DNA of 61,439 nt, counting the filler, from Vannella sp. (Eukaryota), in NCBI GenBank assembly GCA_023345925.1. It is 6 parts of 6 records of this genome, joined end to end, with 100 filler letters (N's around TTAATTAATTAA, not from the genome) between each part and the next. Parts side by side here need not be neighbours in the genome. Positions count along the whole stretch, not along the records: positions 25,568 to 33,479 come from JAJQQN010001164.1; positions 33,580 to 45,089 come from JAJQQN010000698.1; 4 more parts are not named here. One strand, given 5' to 3'. The notes under the pieces were generated by a model. It searched no databases and was not told the origin of the DNA. It saw nothing but the letters and a program-made list of their open reading frames with translations. Positions within the stretch are counted from its first letter, which is position 1. Each line of letters begins with the position of its first letter. The position numbers and the translations under genes were made by a program. Shown one piece after another: positions 28,448 through 43,500 of the stretch.

Positions 28448-31400
28448 TTACTGCTTTCTGCGAAGGACTGGACCGGAAGAGTTCTGCTCAAGATCAGCAG
28501 GACGGGGGCGTTTGCCCAAAAGGGAGGAAGTTGCAGACTTAGGACAGGGGCTGATTTCAGCTCCAATTCTCTCCATTTGGGATTCAGAAGCAAATGCCTT
28601 CAACTGCTCCTCTGTCACCAAATGATTCTTGACCAGCTCCACGGCGATCGCCATGAATCGGGCTTCTACATCCTCTTCAGGTTCGAAGTACAGGAAAGGA
28701 GTGGTGACCAGATTTTTCTTTTTAGATCTGGTCACAATTCCTTTCCTCCCCTCGGCTTTTTCATTCCCTCCAGCTCCTTCTGATTCATCTGGTTCTCCTT
28801 CTTCTTCTTCTTCTGGCTCTCCATCTAGTTCTCCTTGTTCATCTGGTTCTCCTTCTTCTTCTTCTGGCTCTCCTTGTTCATCTGGTTCTCCTTCTTCTGG
28901 CTCTCCATCTGGTTCTCCTTGTTCATCTGGTTCTCCTTCTTCTTCTTCTTCTTCTGGTTCTCCTTGTTCTTTTGGTTCTTGTTCTTCTGGTTCTCCAGTC
29001 TCAGATTCTTCTTCAGCATTCCCCCAACTGATCTATTTTGCATGGTGAGAAAGCTTCTTTTTCAAGTTTCATTGGCACACCTCTTCCAAGAAGCTTTCAC
29101 CATCTTCAGGGGAGGGAATGTAGTCTTCCAGTTGCAAAAGCATCTGAACGACTGGAAGTTTCCCTGCTCTGATGGCAAAGTGAAGAGGCGTGCAGTTTTC
29201 CTCGTCCTATGACAGAAATGAGAAATGGAAGGAGATCACTTTGCACCCACTCTTTGGTTGAGTTGCTCAATTCCACCAAGCTTCAAACAGAGTTGAACAT
29301 CTTCAATCAATCCAGTCTCACAAACAAGGTGAATCAACAGAGCCTGCACCAGATGTATCAGCACAACAAATATGAAAAATGAGGTGGTCCGCTCACTCCT
29401 TCACCCGTTCGGATGGAGAGAAGCTCATTTCCACATGCATCCAAAAATGCCTTCACGACACCCGGCTCTCCCCTTCTTGCCATTTCATGAATCATTAACT
29501 GATCGAAAGTAAGCATTAGTTGAAAAAATAGACCACTTCCGTACTTCTCCGTCGACCTCGGTTGTGGCTTGCTCGAGGGGCTTGAACTTGAGAATGGCAT
29601 TGACGGTTTCAATGCTTCCTACATCAACAGCCGCTTCCAGACAAGAATGATCTCCCTAATTTTCCCACATAAGATAAAATCGCTGGCTCTATGGCGGACT
29701 TGCGTTCAGGAGTTCACCAACTCCTGCCCATTCCACGAAGTATGGAATGAGAGGGGATAGTCCATGGGAACACGCCAAGTATAATGGAGTGTACTAGATT
29801 GAAGTAAGATACAGGACATGTTGTCTTGGAATTACACACCATTCCTTCTCCATCTTCATCCTTGAGACGCCTGCTTCAGTCACTCAAGCTTCTGAACGTA
29901 TTTCAAATACCTTAACAGTGATGATACCTTCACCTTCAAACTTGAAGAGTAATTTGGCGCTCTCCACGCGTCGATCCGCAGCCAAGTGATGAATTGATTG
30001 TCCCTATCCTCTTGTCAGCTGCAAGACAGAAATTCGGAACTCTCCTTACACTCTCGTAGTAGATCTGTTGGCGTGTAAGAAAGCAGAGAAGTGACACCGC
30101 AAAGAACTTACTGGCTTAAACGAAGAGGGAGCATTGTCAAAGATATCAATCGGACTAAGGAAGCACAAAAGATGCATTGTCGTGGACTAAGCCCATCCCA
30201 AGTCAACAAAGAACTCTCTGCGAGTGATAAGTACCCCTTGGACTGTCTGCAAAGGCGCATCAGTAAACCAAATCCACAAAAAAGGAGAACGAGAATTGAC
30301 TTGCCTTCACGCCTTTCCGCCCCTCAAAAAGTGGATTGGAAAGGAGGATCCTGAGGATTCTTGGGTCTCCACGAATTGCAGCAAAGAAAAGTGGGAAGTC
30401 CTGCAGAGCTTGCCGGTTGGCGAAAGAACTTGAATGAAAAGGAATGTACGAACCCGGTACCCATGTCTGTTGTGGCGGTGCCACTAGAGAAAGTCAGAGA
30501 TGTTACAATCAGCAAGTAGAATACAAACAGAGTCATTCAGAATCTCTTGAGCAGCACTGTGGGACAGCATTTCTTGGACTAGATCAGGAGGCATCAGCAA
30601 GCAAGCTCTGTTGAAAGGTCGGATCTGAAACCCTCTGATTAGAGAAAAATCCCATAAAATCAGTTTTCCTCTGGGTCGTCTCACTCCATCTTCATCCTTT
30701 AACAGAGTAAGACACAAAATGAAGCCTGAAATGTCACAGGACTTACCCTGGCATTCATGTCGATGCGCTTTGAGTGTTTAAGGACAACTCGGACAACTTC
30801 AGGGTTCTCAGAACGAACAGCCACTTGCAAGGGGACTCGATCTCCTTTGCAAAGTGTCAACTCAAAATCAAACTCGCTGGCATGGCCACTTTCGAAAGGG
30901 GCTTCCTTGGCATTGGCTTTGTAGAGCAATTCAACCAATTCTGCACTACCAGAAGCGCATGCGAGGGTCAAAAATTCTCCCTAATCTAATTAGAAGGTAC
31001 AAATGTTGCCTCTTTGGATTACCTCGTCCTCTACCAGCAAACTGGGACACTTTTCCAGTGCATGGGCCGCAATCGAAGCGTGACCGCTCTTGCAAGCCGC
31101 AATCAAAACGTTGGCCCAAAATGAGCTCTCAGCTTTCCACTCAGCCTCTTGTTCCAGCGCCAGTAGAACAGGTAAGTGTCCATTTGCCGAGGCTTTCAAA
31201 GCCAATTCTGAAAGGACAGCTGAAAATGAACCTTTCTGGAGAAGGCATTTGACAACAGCTTCGTTTCCAGAGCAAACAGCTGCAGAAAGCATACTTTCAT
31301 CAGCTTCAGAGAACACCAAAGCGGTTAATTCAGCACTACAGTCTGAGCTAAGATCAACCAACGCCTTCTGCATTGCAAAGTTAGGACTAAAAGGGATAAA

Positions 31401-33062
31401 AGAGAATGTCGGACCAGTGGCAAGGGACTATCTGAGTGCTGAAGAGCTTCGCCATCGGAAGAAAGGAGGAAATTCACCATCTTTTCATCATTGCAAAGAA
31501 GGGCAAGTTGCAGTGGTACCATCTGCTCTCCAATATTAGACAAAGCTACTTCTGAATGGGTTTGACCTACTCCGCTGTCGTCCTTGAACCGGAGCTGCTG
31601 CAAATCGTATGTGCAGAGCAACTTGACGACTTCCAACTGTCCAGACTCCACCGCACAGTGAATGGGAAAGCTCTAGGAATGGATGAGAGATTCATCCATT
31701 CAAAGCTGATGCCAGCGCACCTTTTGAGAGGAAACAGCAAGATTAAGAGGTATCTTGAGTTCATCAATGAACCATTGAACCAAGGAAAGATCTCCTGACT
31801 CGCATGCACAGTGGAAGGGCAAAAACTGCGGAACTTATCAGTATTCCGGAACCAGAAACTGGTCCAATCCGTACCCCTGAGCCATCACAACTCTCGAGCT
31901 GCTCCTTTCCTCTTGTCTGAAGAAGAAGCTGAACCGTCGCCAAGCTTCCATTCCGACATGCTGAATGAATGGGAAGATTCTAGTCAAGTCAGAAACCGCC
32001 CCGCCCAAGACACGATCTCACTCCTTGTTCATCCTGTTCCCTTTTGAGCTTTTTCGTTGATTCATCCTGTCAAGCTCTTACTTGTTCCAACAGCTCTTCG
32101 CCATTCCCAGTAGAGAGCAAGATTTGTGCGAGAACGGGATTCCCCATTTCACAGGCGATGTGGAGTGGAAGACGCTATTCAGATGTCATTGGCCGCCCAC
32201 AGAGGGAGTTTTGACTCACACCAAAGGGATCCTGTGTATTCAGAGCGTTAGAAGGGTGAACCACAAGGATTTAGTTCGCTGTGATTGTTCTTACCTTGAT
32301 TGTTCTTGAGGAGGGAGCTTTCTCGACCAATGTGGCGATTAGATGTTCACAGTTACTCTCAATAGCCTTGTGGATGAAAAGAAAACCGTCCTCTCCCTGC
32401 ATTGTTGGTGAGAACTCTGAAACGGAAGGAAGTGATGGCGAACCGTTGCACTCAGTTCGTGGACACCCATCTCAGTGATGTAATAGCGTAGTAAATCATT
32501 GTGGTCTCCTTCAACCAGTCTCATGAAGGGAAGGGCCTTGGAAAGAACGAGTTAGAGAGGTGGGCATGGGACAAAGCAAAAGGTCCTCACTCCATCGTCG
32601 TCTGTGACTTGCAGGACCTTGCTTCCTGTGAAAGAAACCAAAGCTGTAACGAGTTCCACGCTTCCTGATTGGAAGGCAGAGTGAATCAACGGAGCAACCA
32701 AAGGAAGAGTCATCTCGTCAGCCTCAGTTCCACAAAGCTGGAGCCCCTCCCTCATCAGAGCCGATCAGCTTGTGACAGAACCCACTTACGAGCAAATCCA
32801 CACAAGCTAGAGGATTAAGCTTCAGCAGAAACGCTGTCGCGGCAACAAACCCACGCGAGAGGCACACTTGCAGCACCTCTCCGACAGCTCCCATGTGGCC
32901 CAGCACTCCTCTCTCCTCTTCAGTCCCCATCTCCGCAAGAATCTCCAGAGCACAAGCGTCATCTGTCGCAGAACACAACGCAGTGAACCAGGCAACCTCC
33001 GACCCCATCAGGATCGACAAAGTTCGGAAAAAGTGAACCGGCATTGGCTCATAATACGCCAT
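28448..33062 (-). CDS. Large multi-exon degenerate ankyrin-repeat protein with acidic C-terminal tail
   Basis: Repeated units such as RLPLHIACEMGN, NLPIHSACRNGS, RVPLQVAVRSEN, YTPLYLACSHG and CTPLHFAIRAG, separated by phase-0 introns and micro-exons. Ends approximate. Confidence 0.7.
28780..29010 (-). repeat. Coding tandem repeat encoding GEP(D/E)(E/Q)n units
   Basis: Plus-strand recurrences of TCTGGTTCTCC/TCTGGCTCTCC and (TTC)n. Minus-strand frame reads GEPEEEEEEGEPDEQGEPDGEPEEGEPDEQ.., in frame with the 28448-28735 ORF. Confidence 0.85.
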
Positions 33063-33479
33063 TATGGACCTGGCTGTGGGTCGCTCTTTGCGTGCCTTTC
33101 AAGTGAATGTCACTTTGACCCATTCCCGGGTTCCACTCCAAAAGAGCCACTTTGGACTGAAAGGAGGGAATTCCACCCCACTCAGAGCCTCATTGAAAAG
33201 TACCTCTAAATTTGATCGGGACCGGGTCTGGAGCCGGAGTCCGTAATAATTACGTCATTCAGGAGGAAGTTATTCGATTTCTACGTGTTTAAATTAAATA
33301 ATTCGAAGAAATGACTGAAAGGTAGATGCAGTTTGGGTTGTCTGTTTGAGACTCTTCTTTGTGGCTTCCTCGGCTATGAAGCGTAATTGCTCCCTCACAA
33401 AGTGGCGAGCCACGTTACTTCTTCTTTGTAGTCTCTCCTCCTTGGGCCACTGTTGAATCGATCAGACGCTTCGATGATG

Positions 33480-33579
33480 NNNNNNNNNNNNNNNNNNNNN
33501 NNNNNNNNNNNNNNNNNNNNNNNTTAATTAATTAANNNNNNNNNNNNNNNNNNNNNNNNNNNNNNNNNNNNNNNNNNNN
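33480..33579. other. Artificial contig linker
   Basis: N44-TTAATTAATTAA-N44. Confidence 0.98.
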
Positions 33580-33848
33580 CAAACACAAGTGTGAGTTGGG
33601 AGGAGGCTCTCCTCCACTTGTAAGACCTCACACAGCCAGGCTAGCCCTTCAGGAGCCTCAAAAGGATTCTCCAACTGACAATAGAAGCCATGGGACTGGA
33701 TGACATCTCCAAGGCTCGTGTCGAAGAAGCCATCTTCACTTCACCTGGCATGCTCAGTCTGCGAAGCAAACCTTCCATCACTCTCAAGCAAGAAGCCGAG
33801 ATGCTTCAACTCCTCCACCTTCTCTCTCAAATGCTCAAAACCGAATGA
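33580..33848 (+). CDS. 3' fragment of an unidentified gene
   Basis: Open frame PFRSLKRILQLTIEAMGLDD..LLHLLSQMLKTE* after an apparent intron at the contig start. Confidence 0.35.
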
Positions 33849-34005
33849 AGATCAAAGGAGGTAAAGTTAATTATATTTTAGCCACTCGCAAAGCCCCTTT
33901 TTTTAGTTGGTATGAGCAAAGCGGATGATTGCAACTGTTGCTAATAATAACACGTTTCTCATTATTATGGATTTTGATCATTTCCGTCAGGGAAGCTCTT
34001 GGAGG

Positions 34006-35167
<1,162 letters not shown>

Positions 35168-35262
35168 TTATCTCCTCCACCAAGCGGTGCAAGCCCTCTC
35201 TGGCGAGGAACCTATTCCTAAAGGAATGCTCTAAATCATGTCCCCAGACCTGCTTTATGTGA

Positions 35263-37302
35263 TCATCCTGAGGCGCCATTGCAGAAGGCGGACAGCGCAT
35301 TGACCCATTCCATTTGCTCTTCGCGGCCATCAGCACTGAAAGAGAACGTCTCAGAGCCACGTTGCAGCTGAAAGGCAAAGTCATGGTGCATCTCGTCAGA
35401 TGCCAAAGTGAATCCGCCAAGAAATACGGATCCTTCTGGCGTGCGGTCCTGAACCGATAGAGGGTTAGACTGGAGCGAGGAGAGTGCGTTCCGAACCTTT
35501 TCGAAGCAGTAATGGTGTAAGACACCTTCTGCCAAAAGGCAGAAGCGCTTCTCAAAGGATCCGCCCAAAGTGAATTTCACTCTCAAAGTGCCTTCTCTGA
35601 TGGCCACGGGGCGATGAAGAAACGGGCGCTCTTTTGGTTTGAACGAACCGCTAGAGATAGTCTTGCTCCACAAACCCTTTGCTGGAATCACCAGCTTTGC
35701 AAATGTACCAGAAGCAGAAGATGACGACGGGGGCGAAAAGGCTTCTCTGGGTCCACCAGAATCTGCCTCTGACTTCCTTTCTGGAATCTGATGCGATTGA
35801 GCATCAGAGGGAGCAGTTTTGGGTGCTGCCGCCTGGTCAGTGACTTGTTCACTTATCATGGCTGTTCTTCTTATTCGATAAGTGGTTCTCTTTTTTACCT
35901 CGGGCAGGGGATGGGGATTAGGAGCTGTTTCCTCCTGTGATTGAGTGTCTTCAGGTCTCTCATGAGGAGGATCTATTGCTTTGATTAAGTGGCAGGAAGG
36001 GGAGACGTTGAACATACGTTTTTTGCGAGGGTCTTGGGTATAGAGAGACTCAATAGTGTCTTCTATGATGTTACGAAAATCAAGACGGAACCGCTCTTCG
36101 GCAAAGAGAAAGACAAATGTGTGCCCTCCTGTGACTAGTTCCAAAGGAAACTTGTTTTCTTCATTCCTACGGGTCAACTCTTGTCCCAGTCTCACTGAGG
36201 TGGGTGGCACTTACCAGAGGCCTTTGGCAAGGTATTAGTCCAACAACCAGGAAGAGAGACAATTGTATCAAAAGAACGCATCTTTTGAGCCAGCCAGTCT
36301 CTCGTATTGGAGGCGAAGACAATTATGTCATTGAGGAGGTAGTAGTACACTGCTTTCGTTCCCCCAGAAGGATTCCGTTGACGTAGCTCTCCTTCTTGAA
36401 TAAAGTAGCGACGGGCGCCTATTAAGGCCTCCCAAAGGACTTAACCAAGGCAAGAGAATGAGAAAAGCACCTACCTGAGGCGCTCCAGTCTCTTCAATGA
36501 TCCGCCGAACATCAGAGAAGGACTTGACAATGCGCATCTGAAAATTGACATAACTTGCAACCTCCTTAATCTCCACCAGAGCCCGTTCCACATGCGCCGA
36601 GTCAGGATGCTCCCGAGGTATATTCTGGAAGAGATCTTCTAACAGCATACGATAGCGAGGTATCCGCTGCACCGGCAGAATCAGAAACGACAAAAAGTCC
36701 ATATTTTGCGTTTCCGGAAAAGCTGCGCAAATCCGCAGGAATCGACAAAACCTTTCGTTTTCCTGGCATTGCTGGAATGCGCACATGGCAGTGTCATAGT
36801 TGTTGCAGTAGGCAGTGTAGAGCTTCAGATAGGGGGACTGGAGTGAAGGGTGAGAGGATTGTCCCTTCGAGATGCGAAGATTCTCTTACTAGATGGAAGA
36901 ACACGTCGCCTAGGCATTGCTGGCTGGTCCATGAGGATACTCGTTGTTCTAAGGAGCTAAGTAAGGAGCAATGGAAGGCAAGAATCGCTTCCAAGTTGGA
37001 GAAGATGTCTCGAATGTCTTGTGATCGACAGAGAGGCTCAGGACCATTCGCACAAGCCTGCAGCGGATGTAGAAAGATCTACTCTCATGTTAGTATCGGT
37101 ATCCAGTGATCCCGGTAGCACCCGTCAGCAGGTGAACCCTTACCCCGGCGAGGACCTTCAAGTTGGCCACGTAGACGCGCTCAGTACCCAGAATCTCCCG
37201 GACGATGTGCTCCCGTCGTCTCGCCTTCTTCCCTAGGACCTTTAGAACACTCTGGGCCTGACTCCTCTGCAAAGCAGCCAACACGAGCTGCCCGGCCTCC
37301 AT
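35263..37302 (-). CDS. RhoGEF (DH-PH plus C-terminal PH; FGD-like)
   Basis: IVREILGTERVYV, LILPVQRIPRYRMLLEDL, C-terminal PH ending EQMEWVNAL. Start uncertain (37302 or 37395). Confidence 0.85.
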
Positions 37303-37399
37303 CCCCGAGAGGTGAAATGCGAATGTCTCGGTCTGGGAGGGCTTGTTGGATGCCTTGTTCGATTCAATGCGTAACCAGATTGATGTTTCATTCATTGGG

Positions 37400-40300
37400 A
37401 TGAGTGAGACCCTCACGGGAGGGTCGGGGAGCGAGGGGGAAGTTCGGTATCTGCTGATGGGCGAGCGTTTGCGCTTCCCTTGGAAGGCGTACCCTCCTCA
37501 GATGGCTATGATGACGCGTGCGTTGACCGCCGTTGGGAGGGGGGAGAATGCGCTCCTCGAGTCGCCCACTGGGACAGGGAAGACCTTGGCCATGCTCACC
37601 GCGCTCCTTGCGTGGCAAGAGAGCCACGCAGAGGACCGGTGCCAGATCATATTCGCTTCTCGTACTCATTCCCAGCTCGCTCAGCTCTTCGGAGAGCTTC
37701 GAAGAAGCCCCCACCATGAAGGATCGTCGGCGGTGTGTCTGGGTTCTCGAAAGCATTACTGTTTGCACTCGCGAGTGTCACAGTCACCTACTATTGACCA
37801 AGACTGTCGCATCGTTAAGAAGTCCCCAGGGTGCTCGTACTTCTCCCATGTCGAAAAGTCCATCAACACGTTGAAAGGGTCCATTGTTGATATGGAGGAT
37901 CTCAAGATAGTGGGTAAACAACACCACTCGTGTCCATTCTACGTCGCAAAAGGACTCTCTCAGACATCTCAAGTGGTATTCTGCCCGTACAACTATGTGC
38001 TTGGAGGTAAGTCACTTGTGAGTATATCACTTTCCTCTTTCGTTCTCATTTCTCCAGGTACTGGCGATCTTGCGTTGACAGGGTCGATTGTTGTACTTGA
38101 TGAGGCCCAGTAAGCAAGATGTCATTGCTAGAGAGGGCGCTAAGCCGATGTAGTAACATTGAGGATGTCTGCCGGGAAGCAGCGAGCAAAGACATTCTCG
38201 AGGAAAGACTTGATCCCTTGCATCAAGAGCTCAAGCTCATCCAGTTATCTGAGACATCTTCCTGGTGCTGTCTAGTGGTCGAGGTAAGGATCAGACTCCA
38301 ATCTTTTGGGGTTCTATTGACCATTTTCCTTCCCAGATAGTCGACCGATTGACTTCTTGGCTCACCGAAGCTATCTCAAAGTTTGAACCACAGAAAGAAA
38401 CCTCTTCTTTTGATAAGCAGTGCCAATAGTACGCTCACCTATCCAGCAAATCACTTGATACTGACTTTGACAGCTGGTCGCCTCAACAAACGGCTCAGAT
38501 TCTCGAAGAACAATGGGGATTCGCTCCTAATCGACGGAGGACTGTTTTCGAACAGATTGAGAAGCTTCTGGCTGAAACAGACCGCGGGTTTGATACCGAA
38601 GAAGAAGTGAAAGATTCACTTTACACGAGAGCGGCCGCTGCTACTCTGAGAGGTAACTCTCCTGACCTTTTCCAACCAGCTTCTTAACACAGGTACTCTT
38701 CAGACTTGTTTGTTGCGCTTAGATATGTCTTTGGGAAGCATTTAGGGCCCACAAGTGACCCTTCCTCTGCAACAGAGAATATCGAAGCCTATCACTTGGT
38801 GTTGCAAAGAGACCTCCAAAAGGGTAAGAAAGTGAACTGTTGTTCGTTTTTGACAAAAGAGCAGCTGTTGGGAGGACAGCAGCGAGCTGGTCGTTCTCCG
38901 TTTGTTTTTGGTGCATGAGTCCCGCCATTATCTTCTCCAGCCTTTCCATTTGCAAGTCAGTTATTGTGATGTCTGGAACGCTATCTCCCATGGACACCTT
39001 CAGCAAAGAGCTGGGAGCAAAGTTTGCTATCCAACAAGAAGCGCGTCATATCATCTCCCCTTCCCAAGTAAGAATCCAAGCTCATAGAGATAGAAAAATG
39101 ACAAGGAGAAGACTTGGGTTGAGGTGATTGGCAAGTCTCCAAAGGGGACTACCATCAAAGCCAACTACGAGAGTACTGACAAGGTTGAGTTTCAAGATGC
39201 AGTGGGAGATGTGCTTGTCTTGTACTCTCGTATTGTTCCAGAAGGACTCCTTCTATTCCTCCCATCTTATAGACTGATGCACTTGTTGGTCAATCGATGG
39301 AAACTGACTCGGCATTGGAGACAGTTGGAACAGCATAAGAGAGTATTTGTGGAGCCGCAGGATCTTACTCAACTACCTGAAGTTTTAAAGGGATACTATG
39401 ATGCTATTGATGCTGGAGAAGGCGCCATTCTTCTGGCAGTCTGCCGAGGAAAAGTGTCTGAAGGCATCAACTTTTCAGACCAATATGCCAGAGCCGTCTT
39501 GGTGGTTGGCATTCCTTTTCCTAATATCCGAGACCCAAAAGTAGTTCTCAAACAAGCCTACAACAATCGTAGGCACTCCAAGAACCGGGAAGAATTGTCT
39601 GGTAAAGACTGGTATCAGCAACAAGGCTTTCGAGCATTGAATCAAGCTCTTGGTCGCTGTATAAGGCATATTCATGACTATGGGGCAATCATTCTGATTG
39701 GTAAGTGGATGAAACCAACCAATCTGGTCTAAGTCCCTCCAGATGCTCGTTTTGAACAGGTTGGAACTAAGGCGAGTTTATCCAAATGGATTCGAGACCG
39801 AATAAGGCCTTCTGAAGTGGTTGGCCCAAGTTTAGAAGGTCTCAGACAGTTTTACCGAAAGCAAGAATCTTCAAATCTTCCAAAAAGCGCAGCAAACTCT
39901 CAAAAGCCCTCCGTTTCCTTGGAACGGAGACCAAAGTCCTCTCTCAGTACTCTTTCTCTCATGTACATGGCTCATAGGAAAAGGCCAGAAGCCCCTGCAG
40001 AGTCGGAGATTAACTCTCCAAGGGAGCTTGAAAGGTCTCTTCCAGCCCCCAAAGAGAAAGAGCCCTCTGTCACCTTTCGGATATCATGCAAATCCTGCAA
40101 AGCAGTCTTTTACGAAGCAAAGGACGCTTTGGAGATCCAAGAGATACACTGGAAAGGGACAGTGGCTGCATCTTGGATCGTTCTCTCAGCCCAGAATGTG
40201 GGTTTGGGGGACTCTTCCGCAGCTTCGTGGGAAGCAACCGACCAAGTAGTGTACGAACCTCTGCGCTGTACCTCCTGCTGTTCGAGTGCATTAGCCGCAT

Positions 40301-40464
40301 TAAAAGTGACAGCCACTGCCCCAAAACAGCAACACTTGGCCAATCAAATTGCCTTATTGGAGAGTGGATGCGTTTCCAATCAAAATGAGGCAAAGAAGCG
40401 TTATCTTCTCCACTCCTCTGCGTCTTTGGCCAAGAAGGTGAAAAAGGAAGTTCTCTCAGATTGA
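37400..40464 (+). CDS. BRIP1: FANCJ/BRIP1-like Fe-S DEAH DNA helicase
   Basis: LLESPTGTGKT, SRTHSQL, Fe-S cysteines, DEAH formed across a splice junction (CA|T), SGTLSP, AVCRGKVSEG, ALNQALGRCIRH. C-terminal CxxC..CxxC. Confidence 0.85.
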
Positions 40465-40520
40465 AGAATGTTTGGAAGTGTATAAACGAAAGTATGGGTC
40501 CCTGATTGCCATGGCAAATG

Positions 40521-43500
40521 TTAAACTGGCTGACGGCGCCACTCGAGAGTGCCGTGGTGACAATAACAGCAAGTTTCGTCGAGTTGCTTGACCTCAAGCA
40601 TGAAAATAGCATCGCAGAAGTTACAAACCAAATAACGGCTGTCCCTTATCTCCCGGAACGTCTGAGGGGAAGTTAGCTCCAATAGTCTGCTCAGGAGCGA
40701 GTGAACTTACAGAGAAACAGCACAAAGGCCGCAACAGGGAAATGTCTCCATCTGAATTCAGGAACCGTTCGCTGGCACATTCGGCAAGGACCTCTTCCAC
40801 ATTCTCAGCATTGTACAGAGATTTGGCCTTGATCACTCTGAGCAAGTCAGCGGCAACTCCGTAGTTTTTGGCCAAGAGGTTCTTGTCTGCTGCAATAGCG
40901 ATGGCAGCGATACGATGAACCTGCTTCAGTGGAACTGAGGCCAACAAACGGCAATAGAAGGCTACTTGTTGAATGTCTTCGGAGTGATCAAGTAACTTGA
41001 TTGTGGTTAACAACCTGATAGCATACTTGTAGAAGATACAGTATTTGACTTCTTTACGCCTTTGAACAGCAGTACTGGCATCCGCCGCTAAGCCTTCAGC
41101 GTGAGATTGTAGAAAAGGAAGATTTGGGAAACTTACTGAGCTGTTTGATAGATTTCTCAATGTGACAAAGAGCACTTGAGAACATACCAATATCAAACAT
41201 CTGTTGTGCGGCATTCATGGACTCTTTAGCACCCCCGTACGAAGCTCGGGTCGAGGTCTCCGCAGCTGATCGCATTCTATCCCGACGCTCCATGCTTCCA
41301 GTGTGCGAAGTGCGGGCATAACTGGTGCAAGGGTATTGCCCAAGATCAGTTTGGTCAAGTGTCACTGCGACAATAGGTAACAATCGAGGGGCTGCTGGAG
41401 GGGCTGAAGGTCTTGGAGGAGGGGCCCTCACAACTTCTTCAGAGGAAGGAACAACAGCTCCTCCACTCTCGTCCTCGTATCCATCACTGCTCTCTTCATG
41501 CGCTGAGATTGACAGGGACTGCATCGAATTGGAGTGTCTAACAAGATGGTCGCTGTCAAGATGGGGCAAATCTCTGCGAGTGAAGGTGGATAAGCTTCGA
41601 GAATGGGGCTTTGTTGCCGGTTGTTCCTCCTCTTCAGGCTCAGAATCTTCTCCAGAAACCTCGCTTGTGTCAATTGCAGAGGACTTGGGATCACTTGGGA
41701 CATCCACAGCGTTCTTAGAGAGGGCAGAGGAGGAAGAGATGTAATATTGCTGCCTAGAAAGACTAATGCGGGTGATTGGGGGAGGTAACAAGCGTTCACT
41801 TGGCCGAGACAACTTCCTCTCAGAAGCGCTAATCTCAGAAGAGGCCCCTTTCATACGCGTGATGAACAGTGAGACTATCTCCTTCTCAGTACTGGGGAAC
41901 TTGACGTTGGTAGCATCTGAAGGTATCTCTGAAAGAGAGGGGACCAAGTGCCGAGCATCGCTGAGCATTCTGGGGAACCACTTTGGAACTGTATCGAGGA
42001 AAGCCCAAGGGAGAATGTGCGCGTTGTTCTCCCCGACATTGCCAACCATATCTGGGATGACGATGGGGGTCAGGTCGAAGCTTCGGCTGCTGTTTACAAA
42101 GTCAAAGTTACCAGGCGGTGGGCCGCTGTTCATCCTTTCACTCTTGGCCAATCGCCTGATTCCAGCCACCAATGGGTTGTACCGAGAGTTGCCCTGTACC
42201 TTCTTCCGTAATTTCTTGAGGCCTTCTTGGTCGCGGTAGGTAGCACACAACTCCATAAGTGTGTAGTAGTCTTCGAGTAGCTCGAAACATCGGTAAGTAA
42301 GCTTGTACTGGCCATAGCTAATGCAGATAGCAGCCAACTTTTCAGCCATCTCCTTGGCCAATCCATCCAATGGAGGAGAAGACTTTTGGAAGCGGCATTG
42401 AGCCTCTAGAAGCTCCATTGCGGTCGAAAGTTTCCGGCTCAGGAGCGCTTGTTGGAATTTGACTTCCAAATTGCAGGCAACATGAGGGGACGACAATTGC
42501 TGAGCCAAGTCATTGTAGCCGTTGTGGTTGAGCATTTCAATCAAGCGGAGATCAATTCTCTTGTAGTCATAAGTGCTGACGACGTATTGCAACATGTCAA
42601 TGGACAACCGAGCAGGACGTCCACAGCGTCCAGCAGCTGCAATTTCACCCAGGATCAGCGGTTGTAGCAATCCTACACCGCTGGTGACAACTTGAATGTC
42701 CCTTGTGCCTCTAGTGGCAGTGACAATGCGGTCGTTCCACACAGAGGCAAAGACCGACTCTCCTGCATTAAGCTCGCAGAGGAGGTAGCAGTTGCCATCA
42801 ATGGTCATATAATGAACCTGGGACTCAGTGATGTAGAGCAGGGACATCCCCACCCAATAGATTGAAGTGAAGTACACTGTTGGGTAGCGATGGGGCGCCT
42901 CTACCGAAGCGAGCACTTCTAATTGATCAGTAACAATGAGCAACCGATGAGAGGTTAAGATAGCTGCTAAGCATTCACTTGGGTTCACTTTCTCGCCCTG
43001 CTCCTTTCCGCGACAGTTCCACCGCACCTCGTGAATGTGTTCGTGTTGCTTCAGCTTGATCTTACGGGAGAAGTCGAATCCGTAAGGAGAAGAGCCTCGG
43101 TAAGAGGGATCAGCATTCTGGGAATAAACCAAATAGTTCCCAACCACAAAGAGGAGCGCCCATCCATCAGCTCTCGGAGAAGTAAAGATGTGAGAGACAG
43201 GCTTCTCCAACGTTATCTTGTTGCCTCCAACAGTCAACTCTGTGTTATGCTGCCCTCCCAGAGAAACTACAGAGGGATCCGTAGCAAAGATGGGTATCAA
43301 CGCATCCACGCCTGGCGTCAATTTAACAGGCGAGTTGATTGCCGCAGTAAAGACAGAGAATGTCAAGTCCTGCTGCCGTGTCGAATGAGGATCCTCCTGC
43401 AAAGTGCACTTTTCAAAGAAGACAATAAACTGCTCCCGCCGAGGGAAGTATTTGACTTGGTATGGAACGATTCCAGTCGTCTCCAACTACAAGCACGTGA

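Noticed and set aside
28629..29212. Ser/Gly-rich and Phe/Trp-rich plus-strand ORFs
   Set aside because: Antisense shadows of the minus-strand GEP/Glu repeat.
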